62,418 nt of DNA from Sandaracinaceae bacterium (GCA_044220955.1 JBGAQA010000037.1:1-62418), one strand, 5' to 3'; counted from the first letter of the stretch, positions 41,347 through 52,843 are shown. Numbers and translations are program-made. The notes: generated by a model not told the origin, from the letters alone.

Positions 41347-42192
41347 ATGAAGACGCTGACGGGCAAGCTGATCGCGATCACGGGCGCCGCCTCCGGGATG
41401 GGGCGCTCGCTCGCGCTCGAGTGCGTGAGACGCGGCGCGGACGTCGCGCTCGTCGACATCGACGAGCCGGGCGTGAAGGCGACGGCCGCGACGGCCCAGG
41501 CCTCGCGGCTCGGGGCGCGCGTCGATGCCCGCAAGCTCGACTGCGGCGATCGCGACGCCATCTACGCGTGGGCCCGGCACGTGAACGACGCGCTCGGCGG
41601 CGCGGACGCCATCGTGAACAACGCGGGCGTGTCGCTCTCTGCGAGCGTCGAGAAGATGACCGACGAGGACTTCCACTGGCTCTTCGACATCAACTTCTGG
41701 GGCGTGGTGCACGGTACGCGCGCGTTCCTCCCGCAGCTCCGCCAGAAGCCCGACGCGCACGTCGTGAACCTGTCGAGCGTCTTCGGGCTGATCGGCGTGC
41801 CGACGCAGTCGGCCTACTGCGCCGCGAAGTTCGCCGTCCGCGGCTTCAGCGAGTCGCTCCGGCAGGAGCTCGCCGGCTCGACGATCCACGTCTCGTGCGT
41901 GCATCCCGGCGGCATCAAGACCGACATCGTCAAGCGGGGCCGACACCACGAGGACGCGCTCGGCAACAAGACGGACGTCGACGCGGCGGTCCGCGACTTC
42001 GAGAAGGCGGCGCGCACGACCGCCGACGAGGCGGCGCGGGTGATCCTGCGCGGCATGCTCAAGAACGAGCCGCGGATCCTCATCGGGGCGGACGCGCGGC
42101 TCATCGACACGATGGCGAGGCTCGCGCCCCGTGGCTACGACGCGATCGTGAGCCGCGCGACCAAGGGCGCCGCCCGACGTCGCGCGACGTGA
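41347..42192 (+). CDS. Short-chain dehydrogenase/reductase
   Basis: ITGAASGMG, NNAGV, NLSS, YCAAK, VHPGGIKT. Confidence 0.94.
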   Translation: MKTLTGKLIAITGAASGMGRSLALECVRRGADVALVDIDEPGVKATAATAQASRLGARVDARKLDCGDRDAIYAWARHVNDALGGADAIVNNAGVSLSASVEKMTDEDFHWLFDINFWGVVHGTRAFLPQLRQKPDAHVVNLSSVFGLIGVPTQSAYCAAKFAVRGFSESLRQELAGSTIHVSCVHPGGIKTDIVKRGRHHEDALGNKTDVDAAVRDFEKAARTTADEAARVILRGMLKNEPRILIGADARLIDTMARLAPRGYDAIVSRATKGAARRRAT

Positions 42193-42204
42193 ACCCTGCG
42201 CCGG

Positions 42205-43476
42205 TCAGCCCGCGCGGCGCGCCTGCCAGCCGATGTCGCGGCGCAGCTGCTTGCCCTCGAACGTGATGGCGTCGCAGGCCGCGTAGGCGCGCGCGGCGGC
42301 TTGATCCAGGTCCTGCCCGCGCGCCGTCACGGCGAGCACGCGGCCACCGTTGGTCACGATCCGGTCGCCGCTCGTCCGGGTCCCCGCGTGGAAGATCGTC
42401 ACGCCCTCCAGCGCCGCCGCGCCCTCGAGCCCCGTGATCGCGTCGCCCTTGCGCGGCGAGCCCGGGTAGCCGTGGGAAGCGAGCACGACGCTCATCGCCG
42501 CCGGCCCGAAGCGCGGCGTCGTGTCCGGCAGCGTCCCGCGCGCCGCGCCCTCGAGATAAGGCAAGAGATCGTCCTCCATGCGGGCCAGCAAGACCTCCGT
42601 CTCCGGGTCGCCGAAGCGGCAGTTGAACTCGAGCACCATGGGCGCGCCGTCGACCATCATGAGGCCCACGAAGAGCACGCCTCGGAAGGGCGTGCCGCGC
42701 GCCTTCATCGCGAGCAGCACCCTGCCGACGATCTCGTCGCCGATGCGCGCCGCCATGGCCTCGTCCACCATCGGAGGCGGCGAGTACGCGCCCATGCCCC
42801 CCGTGTTCGGCCCACGATCGCCCTCGAGGAGGCGCTTGTGATCCTGCGCGGCCGCGAGCGGCACGAAGCGCTCGCCGTCGCAGATCGCGTGGAAGCTGAT
42901 CTCGGGACCGCGCAGCGTCTCCTCGATCAGGACGGTGCTCCCCGCGTCCCCGAACGCGCGACCGACCAGCATCGAGCGGATCGCCGCGACCGCTTCTTCC
43001 GCATCCGACGCGACGACCACGCCCTTGCCCGCGCAGAGCCCGTCGGCCTTCACGACGAGCGGGCGCCCCGCCGCGCGCACGTAGCGCTCTGCCTCGGCCG
43101 CGTCGGTGAACGCGCGCGCATCCGCCGTCGGGATGCCCGCCTCGCGCATGACCTCCTTGGCGAACGACTTGCTGCCCTCGAGCCGCGCCGCCGCACGCAC
43201 GGGGCCGAACGCGAGGATCCCGCGGGCACCGAGGTCGTCGACGAGCCCCATCACGACCGGCGCGTCCGGGCCGACCACGACGAGGTCGACCTTCTCTCGC
43301 TCGGCGAGCGCGCAGAGCCCGGCCAGATCCTCGGCGCCCACGTCGGCCAGCCTCGCGTCGGCGGCGATCCCCGCGTTGCCCGGCGCGCACACGATCTCGC
43401 GCACGCGAGGGCTGGTCTTCAGCTTCCGAACCAGGGCGTGCTCGCGCGCGCCGCCACCGACGACGAGGATCTTCAT
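42205..43476 (-). CDS. purD: Phosphoribosylamine--glycine ligase
   Basis: [72 protein letters not shown]. Confidence 0.97.
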   Translation of the reverse strand: MKILVVGGGAREHALVRKLKTSPRVREIVCAPGNAGIAADARLADVGAEDLAGLCALAEREKVDLVVVGPDAPVVMGLVDDLGARGILAFGPVRAAARLEGSKSFAKEVMREAGIPTADARAFTDAAEAERYVRAAGRPLVVKADGLCAGKGVVVASDAEEAVAAIRSMLVGRAFGDAGSTVLIEETLRGPEISFHAICDGERFVPLAAAQDHKRLLEGDRGPNTGGMGAYSPPPMVDEAMAARIGDEIVGRVLLAMKARGTPFRGVLFVGLMMVDGAPMVLEFNCRFGDPETEVLLARMEDDLLPYLEGAARGTLPDTTPRFGPAAMSVVLASHGYPGSPRKGDAITGLEGAAALEGVTIFHAGTRTSGDRIVTNGGRVLAVTARGQDLDQAAARAYAACDAITFEGKQLRRDIGWQARRAG

Positions 43477-43574
43477 GGCCGCCGCATGCCCCGGCCGGGG
43501 CTTCTCCGCAAGACCGTTTTGAATGGACAATCGTCCTACACGTCCACACGCCGCCTTCCCGGGGGAATCGATCC

Positions 43575-44591
43575 ATGTCGCTCGCCACACGCTCGCTCGC
43601 CGCGCTCGCGTTCCTCGCTTCCCTGGTGCTCGCGCCGCCCCGCGCCTCGGCGCTCGGGAACGACGCGCTGATCTTCGTCGGCCCCTCGGCGCTGACGGTG
43701 AGCTACGGCGACCTCGAGCAGCAGCTGCGCGACGCGGGCGCTCCCGCCGTCGATGTGACGGGCAGCTGGCCCGGCGGCGATCTCTCGGCGCGCTACCGCC
43801 TCGTGGTCGTGACCGTCTACGACGGCCCGATCGACACGGCGGTCGCGGACGATCTGGCCGCGTTCGCGTCCGCCGGGGGCGGCGTCGTGGTGATGAGCGA
43901 GCACGACTTCGGCGCGGAGGCCGGCAACGCGATCGCGACGCGCCTGGGCACGAGCCTGCGCTTCGACATGATGTCGACCGGCGGCGGCTGCAGCGGCACC
44001 GACGTCGCCGCGCCCGCGCACGCGCTCGCGGCAGGCGTCGGCGGCCTCGACTACGCGTGGAGCGACACGGTGACGGGCGGCACGCTCCTGTTCGGGAGCA
44101 CCGCGCCGATCGTCGCCACCGAGGGCACCCTCGTGCTGGCAGGCGACAGCGACATCTTCTCCGATCCCGTGTCGCTCGGCGGCTGCCCACACGGCCCCGA
44201 CAACCAGCGCTTCTACCGGAACCTCTACACGTCCCTTCCCGACACCACGCACGGGATGATGATGGGCGGCGGCGACGCGGGCGCGGGCACGGGCGATGGG
44301 GGCGGCAGCACGACGGCGCCGGGCCTCGGTGATCGCTGCACGGCGGCGAGCGACTGCGCGAGCGGCATCTGCCTCGACGACGAGTCGGTGCGCTACTGCA
44401 CCGTGACCTGCACGGACACCTGCGCGAACGGCTTCTCGTGCAGCGACGTGGGCGGCTCGCGCGTCTGTCTGGCACCGCGCGCGAACGGCGGTGGCTGTTC
44501 GGTCTGGGGCGCGCGGTCGGCGACGGCCGCCTGGGCGCTCGCCCTGATCGGCCTCGTGCTCGTCGCGCGACGGCGGCGTCAGCCGGCCTGA
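43575..44591 (+). CDS. Secreted protein with Cys-rich segment and MYXO-CTERM sorting signal
   Basis: Signal peptide; C-terminal GGGCSV...[17 protein letters not shown]. Confidence 0.82.
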   Translation: MSLATRSLAALAFLASLVLAPPRASALGNDALIFVGPSALTVSYGDLEQQLRDAGAPAVDVTGSWPGGDLSARYRLVVVTVYDGPIDTAVADDLAAFASAGGGVVVMSEHDFGAEAGNAIATRLGTSLRFDMMSTGGGCSGTDVAAPAHALAAGVGGLDYAWSDTVTGGTLLFGSTAPIVATEGTLVLAGDSDIFSDPVSLGGCPHGPDNQRFYRNLYTSLPDTTHGMMMGGGDAGAGTGDGGGSTTAPGLGDRCTAASDCASGICLDDESVRYCTVTCTDTCANGFSCSDVGGSRVCLAPRANGGGCSVWGARSATAAWALALIGLVLVARRRRQPA

Positions 44592-45433
44592 AAGACCACC
44601 CAGGCGCGATCGAAGCGCCGCGCCGCGAGGTCGCGCTTCCTCAAGAGCACGTAGAGCGTGCCCATCTCGACCCACGTGAAGCGGTCGTCGCGCGGCTCGA
44701 GCTGCCAGAGCAGCTGCCAGTCCGCGGCACCCACCTCGGCACGCTGCAGATCGTTGGAGCTGAGGCGCCCGCGGTCGGAGCCTGCCTGGATGCCGCTCGA
44801 GGCGAGCTCGGCGGTGAGGCGCCCGTCGCCGTCGAGCCACTGCGCGTGCCCGCCGATCTGCTGGCGGCCGGGCCCGATGGCGAGCAGCGGCGCGTGCTGG
44901 AACGTGAACGACTCGACGAACGCCTTGTACTCGCGGGCCCAGGGCGCGCGCTCCGGGGCGGTCCCGAACGCGCGCAGCGCGAGGTCACCGGGCCAGGGCA
45001 GCGTCTGCGCGCTGGACGGCGCGAGCGGCTCGACGTCGAAGGGGATCGCGCCGTGCGGCGTCTCGACGTCGATCGCGCGCGCCGAGTCGGGCGCGTACGA
45101 GAGCGCCCACCCGCTCGCGTGCGAGGGATCGTAGCCCCAGGGCTGCTCCTCGACGTCGTAGAAGAAAGTGAGCACGCCGTCCGTGGGGAGCACGAGCCCG
45201 TCTCCGCCGAAGCCGCGCAGCTCACGGAAGTCGATCTGCCCGAGGAAGCTCAAGGGGCCGCGGTCGGAGCGCGGCCACTCCACGCCGGGCCCGAGCAGCG
45301 GCGCGCCGCCGAATCGCGTGCGGTTGTTCGTGTCGCGCTCGGCCGGGGAGAGGACGATCGCGGGGGCGAGCGCCGCTTCGATGCGACCGCGCAGAGGCTC
45401 GAGAACCGGCGGGAGCTCCAGACCAGCGCGCAT
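44579..45433 (-). CDS. YwqG/DUF1963 family protein
   Basis: RFGGAP...WP...[43 protein letters not shown]. Confidence 0.85.
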   Translation of the reverse strand: MRAGLELPPVLEPLRGRIEAALAPAIVLSPAERDTNNRTRFGGAPLLGPGVEWPRSDRGPLSFLGQIDFRELRGFGGDGLVLPTDGVLTFFYDVEEQPWGYDPSHASGWALSYAPDSARAIDVETPHGAIPFDVEPLAPSSAQTLPWPGDLALRAFGTAPERAPWAREYKAFVESFTFQHAPLLAIGPGRQQIGGHAQWLDGDGRLTAELASSGIQAGSDRGRLSSNDLQRAEVGAADWQLLWQLEPRDDRFTWVEMGTLYVLLRKRDLAARRFDRAWVVFQAG

Positions 45434-45533
45434 CGCGGTCGTTCACTGTACGGGGACGGCGCACGGTGCGCATAGAGAATCGTCGGGGCGCGGAGCGGTC
45501 GCTCGAGCTCGCGCGCCGTCGTACACTGGGCGC

Positions 45534-45761
45534 ATGAGCGAGCCGAAGCCCGAGACGCCCCAGAAGCAGAACATCGGCCCGGCTACGCCGGGCACTCCCG
45601 CCGGCAAGAAGTCCTTCACGCTCGGTGAGGACGACATCCGCACCGAGCGCCGCGGCGCAGGCGGCAGCGTCGGACGCATCGGCGCGGGCCCGGGCGGCGC
45701 CGGCAAGGTCATCGACCCGAACCAGCGCGGCCCGGGCGCGCCGAGCGATCCGGACGCCTGA
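45534..45761 (+). CDS. Small Gly/Pro-rich hypothetical protein (75 aa)
   Basis: MSEPKPETPQ...KKSFTLGEDDIRTERR...SDPDA; GC3-rich; TACACT 6 nt before ATG. Confidence 0.7.
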   Translation: MSEPKPETPQKQNIGPATPGTPAGKKSFTLGEDDIRTERRGAGGSVGRIGAGPGGAGKVIDPNQRGPGAPSDPDA

Positions 45762-45800
45762 ACGTTGCCCGCCGGATCGGCCGCTGATAGACGAGCGGCC

Positions 45801-47141
45801 ATGCAAGAGCGGAATCGGAGCCAGGCCCTCGCTGCCATCGTCGTCCTCTCGCCGATCGCGCTGGTGGCGTGTGGTGGCGAGACGACCACGCCGCCGCCGA
45901 GCAGCGCCCCGCCACCGTCCACCGCCGCACCGACGACCACGGCCCCCGCGACCACGGTGAGCACCGAGGTCCCCGCGTCGCTCGCGACGGGCCTCCTGCT
46001 GAGCTACTCGCAGTTCGTCGTCGCGGACGGACAGGTCACGGCCAACCCCGGTCCGGCGCGCCTCGAGCTGCTCTGGCGCGACAGAGGAGAGTGGCACACG
46101 GACGTCCTCGAGGACCCGGACAGCAACGTCTTCCACAAGGCGCTCGTCTACACGCCGCCGGGGGGCAGCCCGGGGATCCTCACGCTGGGCGGCACCCGCG
46201 CCGCCGTGAAGCTCTGGCATCACTCGGCCACCGGCTGGACGAGCGAGACGCTCTGGACCGAGGACTTCGGCGGCCGCTTCTCGCGCATGCGCGACGCCGA
46301 GATCGCGAACCTCTACGGCGACGGCCCCGCGATCGCGGTCGCCACGCACGACCAGGGGGTCGTCGCGACGATCCGCGCGCAGGCCGGCGGCACCTTCGGC
46401 GTCACGCGCCTCGACGAGCGCCCGAACACCTTCGTCCACGAGATCGAGATCGGCGACCTCGATCACGACGGCACGCTCGAGGTCTACGCGACGCCGAGCG
46501 ACCCGAACGACCTCGACGGCGGTCACCAGCACGGCGAGGTCGTCCGCTACGTGCCGAGCACCGGCGCGCGCACGGTCGTGGCCGACCTCGGCGATCGCCA
46601 CGCGAAGGAGATCTACGTCGGGGACGTGGACGGGGACGGAACGGACGAGCTCTACGTCGCGGTCGAGGCGCTCACGAGCGGCAGCGGCGCCGATCTTCAG
46701 ATCGTCCAGCCGGTGGAGATCCGCCGCTACGACGCCGGCACTGCGGCGGACGGCGGCGTGGTCATCGCGACGATCCGCGATCGACTCACGCGCTTCCTCA
46801 CGGTGGGCGACGTCGACGGCGACGGCCACCGCGAGATGGTGGCCGCGGCGTTCTCGACGGGCCTGTGGCTGATGCGGCCGGGCCGCGACGCACACGGCGA
46901 GTGGGCGATCGAGAACATCGACCGCGAGAGCGGCGGCTTCGAGCACTCGGCGCTCTTCGCGGACCTCGACGGCGACCATCGCGACGAGCTCTACGTCGCG
47001 GCCGATACGCAGGGCGAGCTGCGTCGCTACGCGTGGGACGCCGGCGGCCATCCGCGGCGCAGCGTCATCCACTCGCGCGAGCGCGCGAGCGCGATGATGA
47101 CCTGGAACATCACGACGTTCCCCGTCTCGATGCTCCGGTAG
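45801..47141 (+). CDS. FG-GAP/VCBS-repeat lipoprotein
   Basis: Lipobox LVAC; GDLDHDG, GDVDGDG (x2) and ADLDGD Ca-binding repeats. Confidence 0.85.
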   Translation: MQERNRSQALAAIVVLSPIALVACGGETTTPPPSSAPPPSTAAPTTTAPATTVSTEVPASLATGLLLSYSQFVVADGQVTANPGPARLELLWRDRGEWHTDVLEDPDSNVFHKALVYTPPGGSPGILTLGGTRAAVKLWHHSATGWTSETLWTEDFGGRFSRMRDAEIANLYGDGPAIAVATHDQGVVATIRAQAGGTFGVTRLDERPNTFVHEIEIGDLDHDGTLEVYATPSDPNDLDGGHQHGEVVRYVPSTGARTVVADLGDRHAKEIYVGDVDGDGTDELYVAVEALTSGSGADLQIVQPVEIRRYDAGTAADGGVVIATIRDRLTRFLTVGDVDGDGHREMVAAAFSTGLWLMRPGRDAHGEWAIENIDRESGGFEHSALFADLDGDHRDELYVAADTQGELRRYAWDAGGHPRRSVIHSRERASAMMTWNITTFPVSMLR

Positions 47142-47154
47142 GCGACACGCCGAT

Positions 47155-47183
47155 CCCTCACCTCGCCCGCGGCGGCGAGAGGG
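47155..47183. terminator. Hairpin between convergent genes
   Basis: ccctcacCTCGCC-cgcggc-GGCGAGaggg. Confidence 0.4.
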
Positions 47184-47192
47184 CTCTCGAGC

Positions 47193-48569
47193 TCAATCCG
47201 CGTCGTCGTCCGACGACGGATGCACGCCGTGCCTGCGCGCGAGCTTGTGCAGGTACTTGCGATCCATGTCGGCCGCGCGGGCCGCCGCGGAGATGTTCCC
47301 GCCGTGGCGCTCCAGCAGCCAGCTGACGTAGGCCTTCTCGAAGCCCGCCTCCCACTCGGCGCGCGTGTCGCGGTAGCTCTTGCCCGCCTCGAACTGCGGG
47401 GGCGCGCTCCCCTCGCGGGTCGCGGAGCCGGCCCCGGGCAGGCCCACGCTCGCGATCTCCTTCTGCCCCTGCGCCCGCGCGAGGTAGGCCGCGCGCTCGA
47501 GCACGTTGCGTAGCTCGCGGACGTTTCCCGGCCACTCGTGCGCACGGAGCGCGTCGACCGCGTTCTTGCTGATCGCGCGCGGCGTCTGCCCGCTCGCGTC
47601 GAGCGACGCGATCGCCTCGAGCAACTTCTCGGCGAGGATGGGGACGTCGTCGCGCCGCTCGCGCAGCGGAGGCAGCTCCATCGGCACCACGGCCAGGCGG
47701 AAGTAGAGGTCCTCGCGGAACTTCCCGCGCTCCACCTCCATGCGCAGGTTGCGCTTGCTCGCCGCGATCACGCGGATGTCCACGCGGATCTCGCGGCTGC
47801 CGCCGACGCGTCGGAACGCGCGCTGCTCGAGCGCCCGCAGGAGCTTGGGCTGAAGATCGAGCGGCAGCTCGCCGATCTCGTCGAGGAAGAGCGTGCCCCC
47901 GTTCGCCAGCTCGAAGGCGCCCGCGCGCGAGCTCGTCGCCCCCGTGAACGCTCCCTTCTCGTGACCGAAGAGCTCGCTCTCGATGAGCGTCCCGACGACC
48001 GCGCCGCAGTCCACCACGATGAAGGGCTTGCTCCTGCGCGGCGAGATCCCGTGGATCGCTCGCGCGAGCACGTCCTTGCCCGTACCGGTCTCGCCGCCGA
48101 TGAGGACCGTGGCGTCGCTCGGCCCGAGGCGCTCGGCGATCCCGAAGAGCTGCCGCATGGCCAGCGTCGAGCCGACACAGTCGCCGAAGCGCGTCGACTC
48201 GCTCGGCAGGATCTCGATGCGCTCCGCGAAGGGCCGGACCTTGAGCTCGACCTTGCCGACGGTGATCACCGCGCCCGGCTTCAGCCAGGCCTCCTTGATC
48301 TCGGCGCCGTCGAGCAGCGTGCCGTTCGTCGAGCCCAGGTCCGTCAGCAGGTAGCCCTTGCGCTCGCGCCGGATCTCGCAGTGCAGGCGCGAGACGGTGT
48401 CGTCGCCGAGCGCGAGGTCGTTCTCGCTGCTCTTGCCGATCCGGAAGACGTCGCCCGCGATCGTGCGCTCTTCGCCGCGCTGCGAGCCAGAGAGGACCAC
48501 GAGCGCGCAGCGGGGAAGCTCGAGCACACGCGCGTCGTGCGCGTGCATCGTACCGAGAGCGGTGCTCAC
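47193..48569 (-). CDS. FHA-domain sigma54-dependent enhancer-binding protein
   Basis: FHA (IGKS...VSRLH...DLGSTNGT), [38 protein letters not shown] 48569 overlaps the upstream stop (alternative ATG 48578). Confidence 0.93.
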   Translation of the reverse strand: MSTALGTMHAHDARVLELPRCALVVLSGSQRGEERTIAGDVFRIGKSSENDLALGDDTVSRLHCEIRRERKGYLLTDLGSTNGTLLDGAEIKEAWLKPGAVITVGKVELKVRPFAERIEILPSESTRFGDCVGSTLAMRQLFGIAERLGPSDATVLIGGETGTGKDVLARAIHGISPRRSKPFIVVDCGAVVGTLIESELFGHEKGAFTGATSSRAGAFELANGGTLFLDEIGELPLDLQPKLLRALEQRAFRRVGGSREIRVDIRVIAASKRNLRMEVERGKFREDLYFRLAVVPMELPPLRERRDDVPILAEKLLEAIASLDASGQTPRAISKNAVDALRAHEWPGNVRELRNVLERAAYLARAQGQKEIASVGLPGAGSATREGSAPPQFEAGKSYRDTRAEWEAGFEKAYVSWLLERHGGNISAAARAADMDRKYLHKLARRHGVHPSSDDDAD

Positions 48570-48949
48570 TGCCGCCATGATACGACGACGTCGCCCTCGC
48601 CCGGAGCATCGAATTCGCCCTCCCGGTGGCTCCGGTGGCCGTCCGCGTAGGTCGCGTCGAGCCGCAGGGTGTAGCGGCCCGGCACGAGGTCGAGCTCGTC
48701 GTGGATCCGGGCCGGCGCTCCGCCCGGGTAGCGATGGCGCGCGTGCTCGACGGCCTCGTCGCCGACCGAGTAGTCGAGCTCGACGGCGCGCACCTCGTCG
48801 TGTCCCTCGCCGAGCTCGAGCACGAGGTGTGTCGCGCGCGGCGCGGTGTGCGAGAGGTCGAGCGCGACCCCGAGCACGAACGCGACCAGCACCAGACCCG
48901 CGAGCCGGCGCCGGTGCTGCTCGACGAAGCTCGAAACTCGCTCCCACAC
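48566..48949 (-). CDS. Hypothetical membrane-anchored protein
   Basis: TM segment [15 protein letters not shown]; coupled to the EBP gene. Confidence 0.7.
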   Translation of the reverse strand: MWERVSSFVEQHRRRLAGLVLVAFVLGVALDLSHTAPRATHLVLELGEGHDEVRAVELDYSVGDEAVEHARHRYPGGAPARIHDELDLVPGRYTLRLDATYADGHRSHREGEFDAPGEGDVVVSWRQ

Positions 48950-48975
48950 GCCGCATTCCTACTACGATCCGGCCC

Positions 48976-49599
48976 GTGCGCCCGGCGCTCCTCGTGCTCC
49001 TGGTCCTCGGCTGCTCCATCGGTCCCCCTCCCGGGATCGCGCCGCCGACGACCGGGACGGAGTGCGGGACGCTGGAGCGCGGGATCCGCGGCACGTGGGT
49101 GAGCGATCACGCCGCGATGGAGCTGCGCCCGGACGGGTCGCTGCTGCGCGACGGCGTGGAGGGCGCGTTCCGCTGGACGGCGCCCGGGCATGCCACCATC
49201 GACGTGGCCGGCTCCCACGAGGAGCACACCTTCGCGCTCGTGTCCGTCGCGGAGCTACTCGACGTGGACGTCGACGGGCATGCCCGCGTGTGGACGCGCG
49301 TCTCGCTCGCGCCTCCCTACCCGGACCCCTGCTTCGAGCTGCACGGCACGCTCGTGGGCGAGTGGACCGACGGCGCGCAGACCGAGCGCTTCCTGCACGA
49401 CGGACGCTGGGAGCTCGGCGAGCTGCGCGGGCGGTGGTCGATCCCCGGGCCGGGGCTGCTCGAGGTGGACGTGGGCGCGCGCGTCCGGCGCTACCGTGCC
49501 GCGCTCGCCACGCCGGACCTGCTCGTCACGACCTACGAGGGGCCGGTGGTCGACGAGGATCCGCGGGGCGTGACGCGCATCGAGGCGAGGCTGCCCTGA
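48976..49599 (+). CDS. Hypothetical lipoprotein with two internal repeats
   Basis: Lipobox VLGC; IRGTW.../LVGEW... duplicated beta domain. Confidence 0.72.
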   Translation: MRPALLVLLVLGCSIGPPPGIAPPTTGTECGTLERGIRGTWVSDHAAMELRPDGSLLRDGVEGAFRWTAPGHATIDVAGSHEEHTFALVSVAELLDVDVDGHARVWTRVSLAPPYPDPCFELHGTLVGEWTDGAQTERFLHDGRWELGELRGRWSIPGPGLLEVDVGARVRRYRAALATPDLLVTTYEGPVVDEDPRGVTRIEARLP

Positions 49600-50150
49600 G
49601 CGGAGCCGCCCGGCAGGGCCAGCGCGTGGATCGTGAGATCCGGGGTGAGCTCGGGGTGGAACGTCGCCCCGACGATCGCGCCCTGCCGGACGAGCACCGG
49701 CTCGCCGCCGAGCGTCGCGAGCACCTCGACCGCGGAACCGAGGGACGCGATGCGGGGCGCACGGATGAGCACGAGCCCGAGGCGATCGGCATCGTCGCGC
49801 GCCACGGACGAGTGCACCTGCCGGCCGCGCGCGTTGCGGCGCACTTCCACGTCGAGGAGCCCGAGCGAGCGCTGCTCCGGGTCGTGCACTCGCCGCGCGA
49901 GCAGGATGAGGCCCGCGCACGTCGCGAGCACGGGCGCGCGCCGCGCGAGCGCGACGAGCGCGCGCTCGAGCGCGGGATCGCGACCGAGGAGATCCAGCAT
50001 CACCGTGCTCTCCCCTCCCGGCAGGACGAGCGCATCGGCGTCCTCGAGGTCGCGCGCCGTCCGCGCCTCGATCGGTGCGTGGCCGAGGGCGGCGACGGAG
50101 CGCGCGTGCGCCGCGAAGCCGCCCTGGAGCGCGAGGATCGCGACGCGCAT
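49533..50150 (-). CDS. pdxT: Pyridoxal 5'-phosphate synthase glutaminase subunit
   Basis: ILALQGGF, LPGGEST, TCAGLILL, RRNARGRQ, IRAP, FHPEL. Confidence 0.93.
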   Translation of the reverse strand: MRVAILALQGGFAAHARSVAALGHAPIEARTARDLEDADALVLPGGESTVMLDLLGRDPALERALVALARRAPVLATCAGLILLARRVHDPEQRSLGLLDVEVRRNARGRQVHSSVARDDADRLGLVLIRAPRIASLGSAVEVLATLGGEPVLVRQGAIVGATFHPELTPDLTIHALALPGGSAQGSLASMRVTPRGSSSTTGPS

Positions 50151-50154
50151 CGTC

Positions 50155-51039
50155 CTACCACCCTCGCTGCGCGAGCTGCTCCGTCGGCGCGAGCTTGCGC
50201 GCCTCGCGCCCGCGCATCGCCTCGCCGAGGCCGGTGCTCGCGCGGAGCAGGCGCGCGAAGTCGGTCGGGTGTGCGGTCGCCTCCACGATCGCGCTCGCGC
50301 GGCGGAGTGGATCGGACGAGAGGAACACGCCGCTCCCGACGAACACCGCCTCGGCGCCGAGCGCCATGCAGAGCGCCGCGTCGGCCGGCGTCGCGATCCC
50401 GCCCGCGGCGAACTCCGGCACCGGGAGGCGCCCGGTCTCCTTCACGACGCGCACGAGCGGAAGCGGCGCGCCGAGCGCCTTGGCCTCGGCCGCGAGCTCC
50501 TCCGGGTCGAGCAGGCGCACGCGCCGGATCTGCTCGCGCATCTTGCGCAGGTGCTTCACCGCCTCGGCGACGTCCCCGGTCCCCGCCTCCCCCTTGGTGC
50601 GGATCATCGCGGCGCCCTCGGCGATGCGGCGCAGCGCCTCCCCGAGATCCGTCGCTCCACAGACGAAGGGCGCGGCGAACGCGTGCTTGTCGACGTGGTG
50701 CTTCTCGTCCGCAGGCGTCAGCACCTCGGACTCGTCGATGAAGTCGATCTCCATCGCCTCGAGGATCCGCGCCTCGACGAAGTGGCCGATGCGCACCTTG
50801 GCCATGACGGGGATCGACACGGCGTCCTGGATGGCGGCGATGATCGAGGGGTCGGTGGCGCGTGCGACGCCGCCCTCGGCGCGGATCTGGGCAGGAACGC
50901 GCTCGAGCGCCATGACGGCGGAGGCGCCCGCGCGCTCGGCGATCTTGGCCTGCGCGGCGTCGACGACGTCGAGGATGACGCCGCCCTTCAACATCTCCGC
51001 GAGACCGACCTTCGCGGCGTAGGTGCTCTTCGTTTCCAT
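50155..51039 (-). CDS. pdxS: Pyridoxal 5'-phosphate synthase lyase subunit
   Basis: [68 protein letters not shown]. Confidence 0.97.
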   Translation of the reverse strand: METKSTYAAKVGLAEMLKGGVILDVVDAAQAKIAERAGASAVMALERVPAQIRAEGGVARATDPSIIAAIQDAVSIPVMAKVRIGHFVEARILEAMEIDFIDESEVLTPADEKHHVDKHAFAAPFVCGATDLGEALRRIAEGAAMIRTKGEAGTGDVAEAVKHLRKMREQIRRVRLLDPEELAAEAKALGAPLPLVRVVKETGRLPVPEFAAGGIATPADAALCMALGAEAVFVGSGVFLSSDPLRRASAIVEATAHPTDFARLLRASTGLGEAMRGREARKLAPTEQLAQRGW

Positions 51040-51079
51040 GCTCGTCTCCTTCTCTCTCTCTCGGCTCGCGGACGTGGAG

Positions 51080-51135
51080 AGCCCTCACCTCGATCCGGTC
51101 GAGGCGGGCTCGGTCCCCTCTCCCACGAGGGGGAC
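51080..51135. repeat. Twin hairpins (REP-like) between the MocR gene and pdxS
   Basis: AGCCC..CCTCGA-TCCGG-TCGAGG.GGGCT and GTCCCCTC-TCCCAC-GAGGGGGAC. Confidence 0.5.
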
Positions 51136-51164
51136 GGGGCGAAATCAGCGTGAGGACCGGTCGA

Positions 51165-52745
51165 TCAGAGCATTCCGACCGACACGCTCTCGGTCGTCGG
51201 CTTGCTCCGCTTCTTGGTGAGCAGCGTCTCGACAGCCTGCGCGAGGCGCTTGCCGCCGTCGACGACGCGGGCCTCGTCCTCGAAACAGAAGGTGAGGCGG
51301 ACGCCCGTGCTCGTGCCGTCGACGCCGTAGAGCACGCCGGGGCTCACCAGCACGCCGCGGCGGCGCGCTTCCTCGAACACCGCCTCGGGCCCGAGCTCGC
51401 GCGGCAGGCGCAGCCAGAGCGTCACGCCGCGCGAGGGCACGTCGTACGCGACGGCCTTCGGCAGGTGCTTGTCGAGCGTCGCGACGAGCGCGTCGCGTCG
51501 TGCCTTGTAGGTCGCGCGCGCGCGGCCGAGGTGCGGCACGAGGTAGCCGCGCTCGAGGAACTCGGCGAGCGCGTGCTGGAGCAGCGTGGAGGTGCCCAGG
51601 TCGGTCGTGTGCTTGAGCGCCACGAGGTGCTCGCGCAAGGACGGCGGGCAGAGCAGGAACCCGACACGGAGCGCGGGGATCAGCTTCTTGCTGAACGTGC
51701 CGACGTAGATCACCTCGCCGTCCAGCGCCCGCAGCGCCGGCGGCGGCGGGACCCCGTCGAGCTCGAGGTCGGCCGCGTAGTCGTCCTCGATCAGCGGGAT
51801 CCCCTGCTCGCGTGAGAAGCGTACGAGCTCCCGCCGGCGCTCGGCCCCGACGCACGTGCCCGTCGGGTTGCAGTGGTTGGTCTGCACGTAGAAGCCCTTC
51901 GCGCGGCGCTGGCCGACGCCCGCCAGCAAGGGCCCGTCGCGATCGGCCGGCACGCTCTCGACGCGGGCGCCCGCGGCCGCGAAGATCCGCAGCGCGCCCG
52001 GGTAGGTCATCTCCTGCGCGAGGATCGTGTCGCCCGGGTCCACCAGCGCGCGCGCGACCACGTCGAGCGCCTGCTGGCTGCCCGTCGTCACCAGCACGTC
52101 CTCGGCGCGCGCCGGCACTCCCTGCCGCACGAGGTCCTCGGCGATCCGCTCGCGCAGGCGCGGCACGCCCTCGTCCGGCGCGTAGCCCATCGCGCGCGCG
52201 CCGTGCGTCTTCATCACGTGATCGAGGCAGCGGCGGAAGAGATCATCCGGCACGAGGTCCGGGCTCGGCTGCATGCGCGTGAGGTTCACGAACTCGCCCC
52301 GCGCGACCTGTCGCCCGATCCGCCGGAAGCGCTCGAGCGGCTCCGACTTCGCTCGCTCGGCGACGAGCGAGGCCCACGGGAACGCGCTCGCCGTCTCGCC
52401 GCGGGTGGACTCGCCCGCCGCGGCGCCCGCGCCGGCCGTGCTCGCCGTCGTCTGCGCGATCGCCGGCTTCACGTAGGTGCCGCGACCGACGGTCGACGAC
52501 ACGAAGCCCGCGAGCTCCAGCTCGGCGTACGCCCGCACGATGGTGTTGCGGTGCGTGCCGAGCTCGGCCGCGAGCGTGCGCGTCGGCGGCAGGCGGAAGC
52601 CGCCGGGGAACGCGCCCGTGCGCGCGCGCTCGACGATCTGGTCGAAGAGCTGCTGGTAGAGCGGCGTCTCGGAGCCCGGCTCGAGCCGGATGCCCAGGCT
52701 GCGCTCCGTGGTGTGCGGTTCCGTTCCCTCGGGTGCTCGTCCCAT
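51165..52745 (-). CDS. MocR/GabR-family regulator (GntR wHTH plus PLP aminotransferase-like domain), PdxR-like
   Basis: PLYQQL...LPPTRTLAAELGTHRNTIVRAY..L...GRGTYV; TTGSQQALD, IEDDY, GTFSKKL.PALRVGF; SD GAAGGAGG; directly upstream of pdxST. Confidence 0.92.
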   Translation of the reverse strand: MGRAPEGTEPHTTERSLGIRLEPGSETPLYQQLFDQIVERARTGAFPGGFRLPPTRTLAAELGTHRNTIVRAYAELELAGFVSSTVGRGTYVKPAIAQTTASTAGAGAAAGESTRGETASAFPWASLVAERAKSEPLERFRRIGRQVARGEFVNLTRMQPSPDLVPDDLFRRCLDHVMKTHGARAMGYAPDEGVPRLRERIAEDLVRQGVPARAEDVLVTTGSQQALDVVARALVDPGDTILAQEMTYPGALRIFAAAGARVESVPADRDGPLLAGVGQRRAKGFYVQTNHCNPTGTCVGAERRRELVRFSREQGIPLIEDDYAADLELDGVPPPPALRALDGEVIYVGTFSKKLIPALRVGFLLCPPSLREHLVALKHTTDLGTSTLLQHALAEFLERGYLVPHLGRARATYKARRDALVATLDKHLPKAVAYDVPSRGVTLWLRLPRELGPEAVFEEARRRGVLVSPGVLYGVDGTSTGVRLTFCFEDEARVVDGGKRLAQAVETLLTKKRSKPTTESVSVGML

Positions 52746-52774
52746 CGCGGCCCTCCTTCGTTCGGTGCGCTCAC

Positions 52775-52843
52775 ATTGGTCCGTGGTGGTCCACCAGAGC
52801 AACGGACGAGCGCTGGTTCCAGAGGGGACCATCATGTACCAAT
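52775..52843. promoter_or_regulatory. Putative MocR-type operator (direct plus inverted TGGTCC repeats)
   Basis: ATTGGTCCGTGGTGGTCC (52775-52792) and GGACCATCATGTACCAAT (52826-52843) form a 15/18 inverted repeat, each arm with two hexamers 10 bp apart. Confidence 0.6.

Noticed and set aside
44579..45433. Toxin-immunity locus around DUF1963
   Set aside because: No adjacent toxin or secretion gene is recognisable; the neighbours are a MYXO-CTERM protein and a microprotein.
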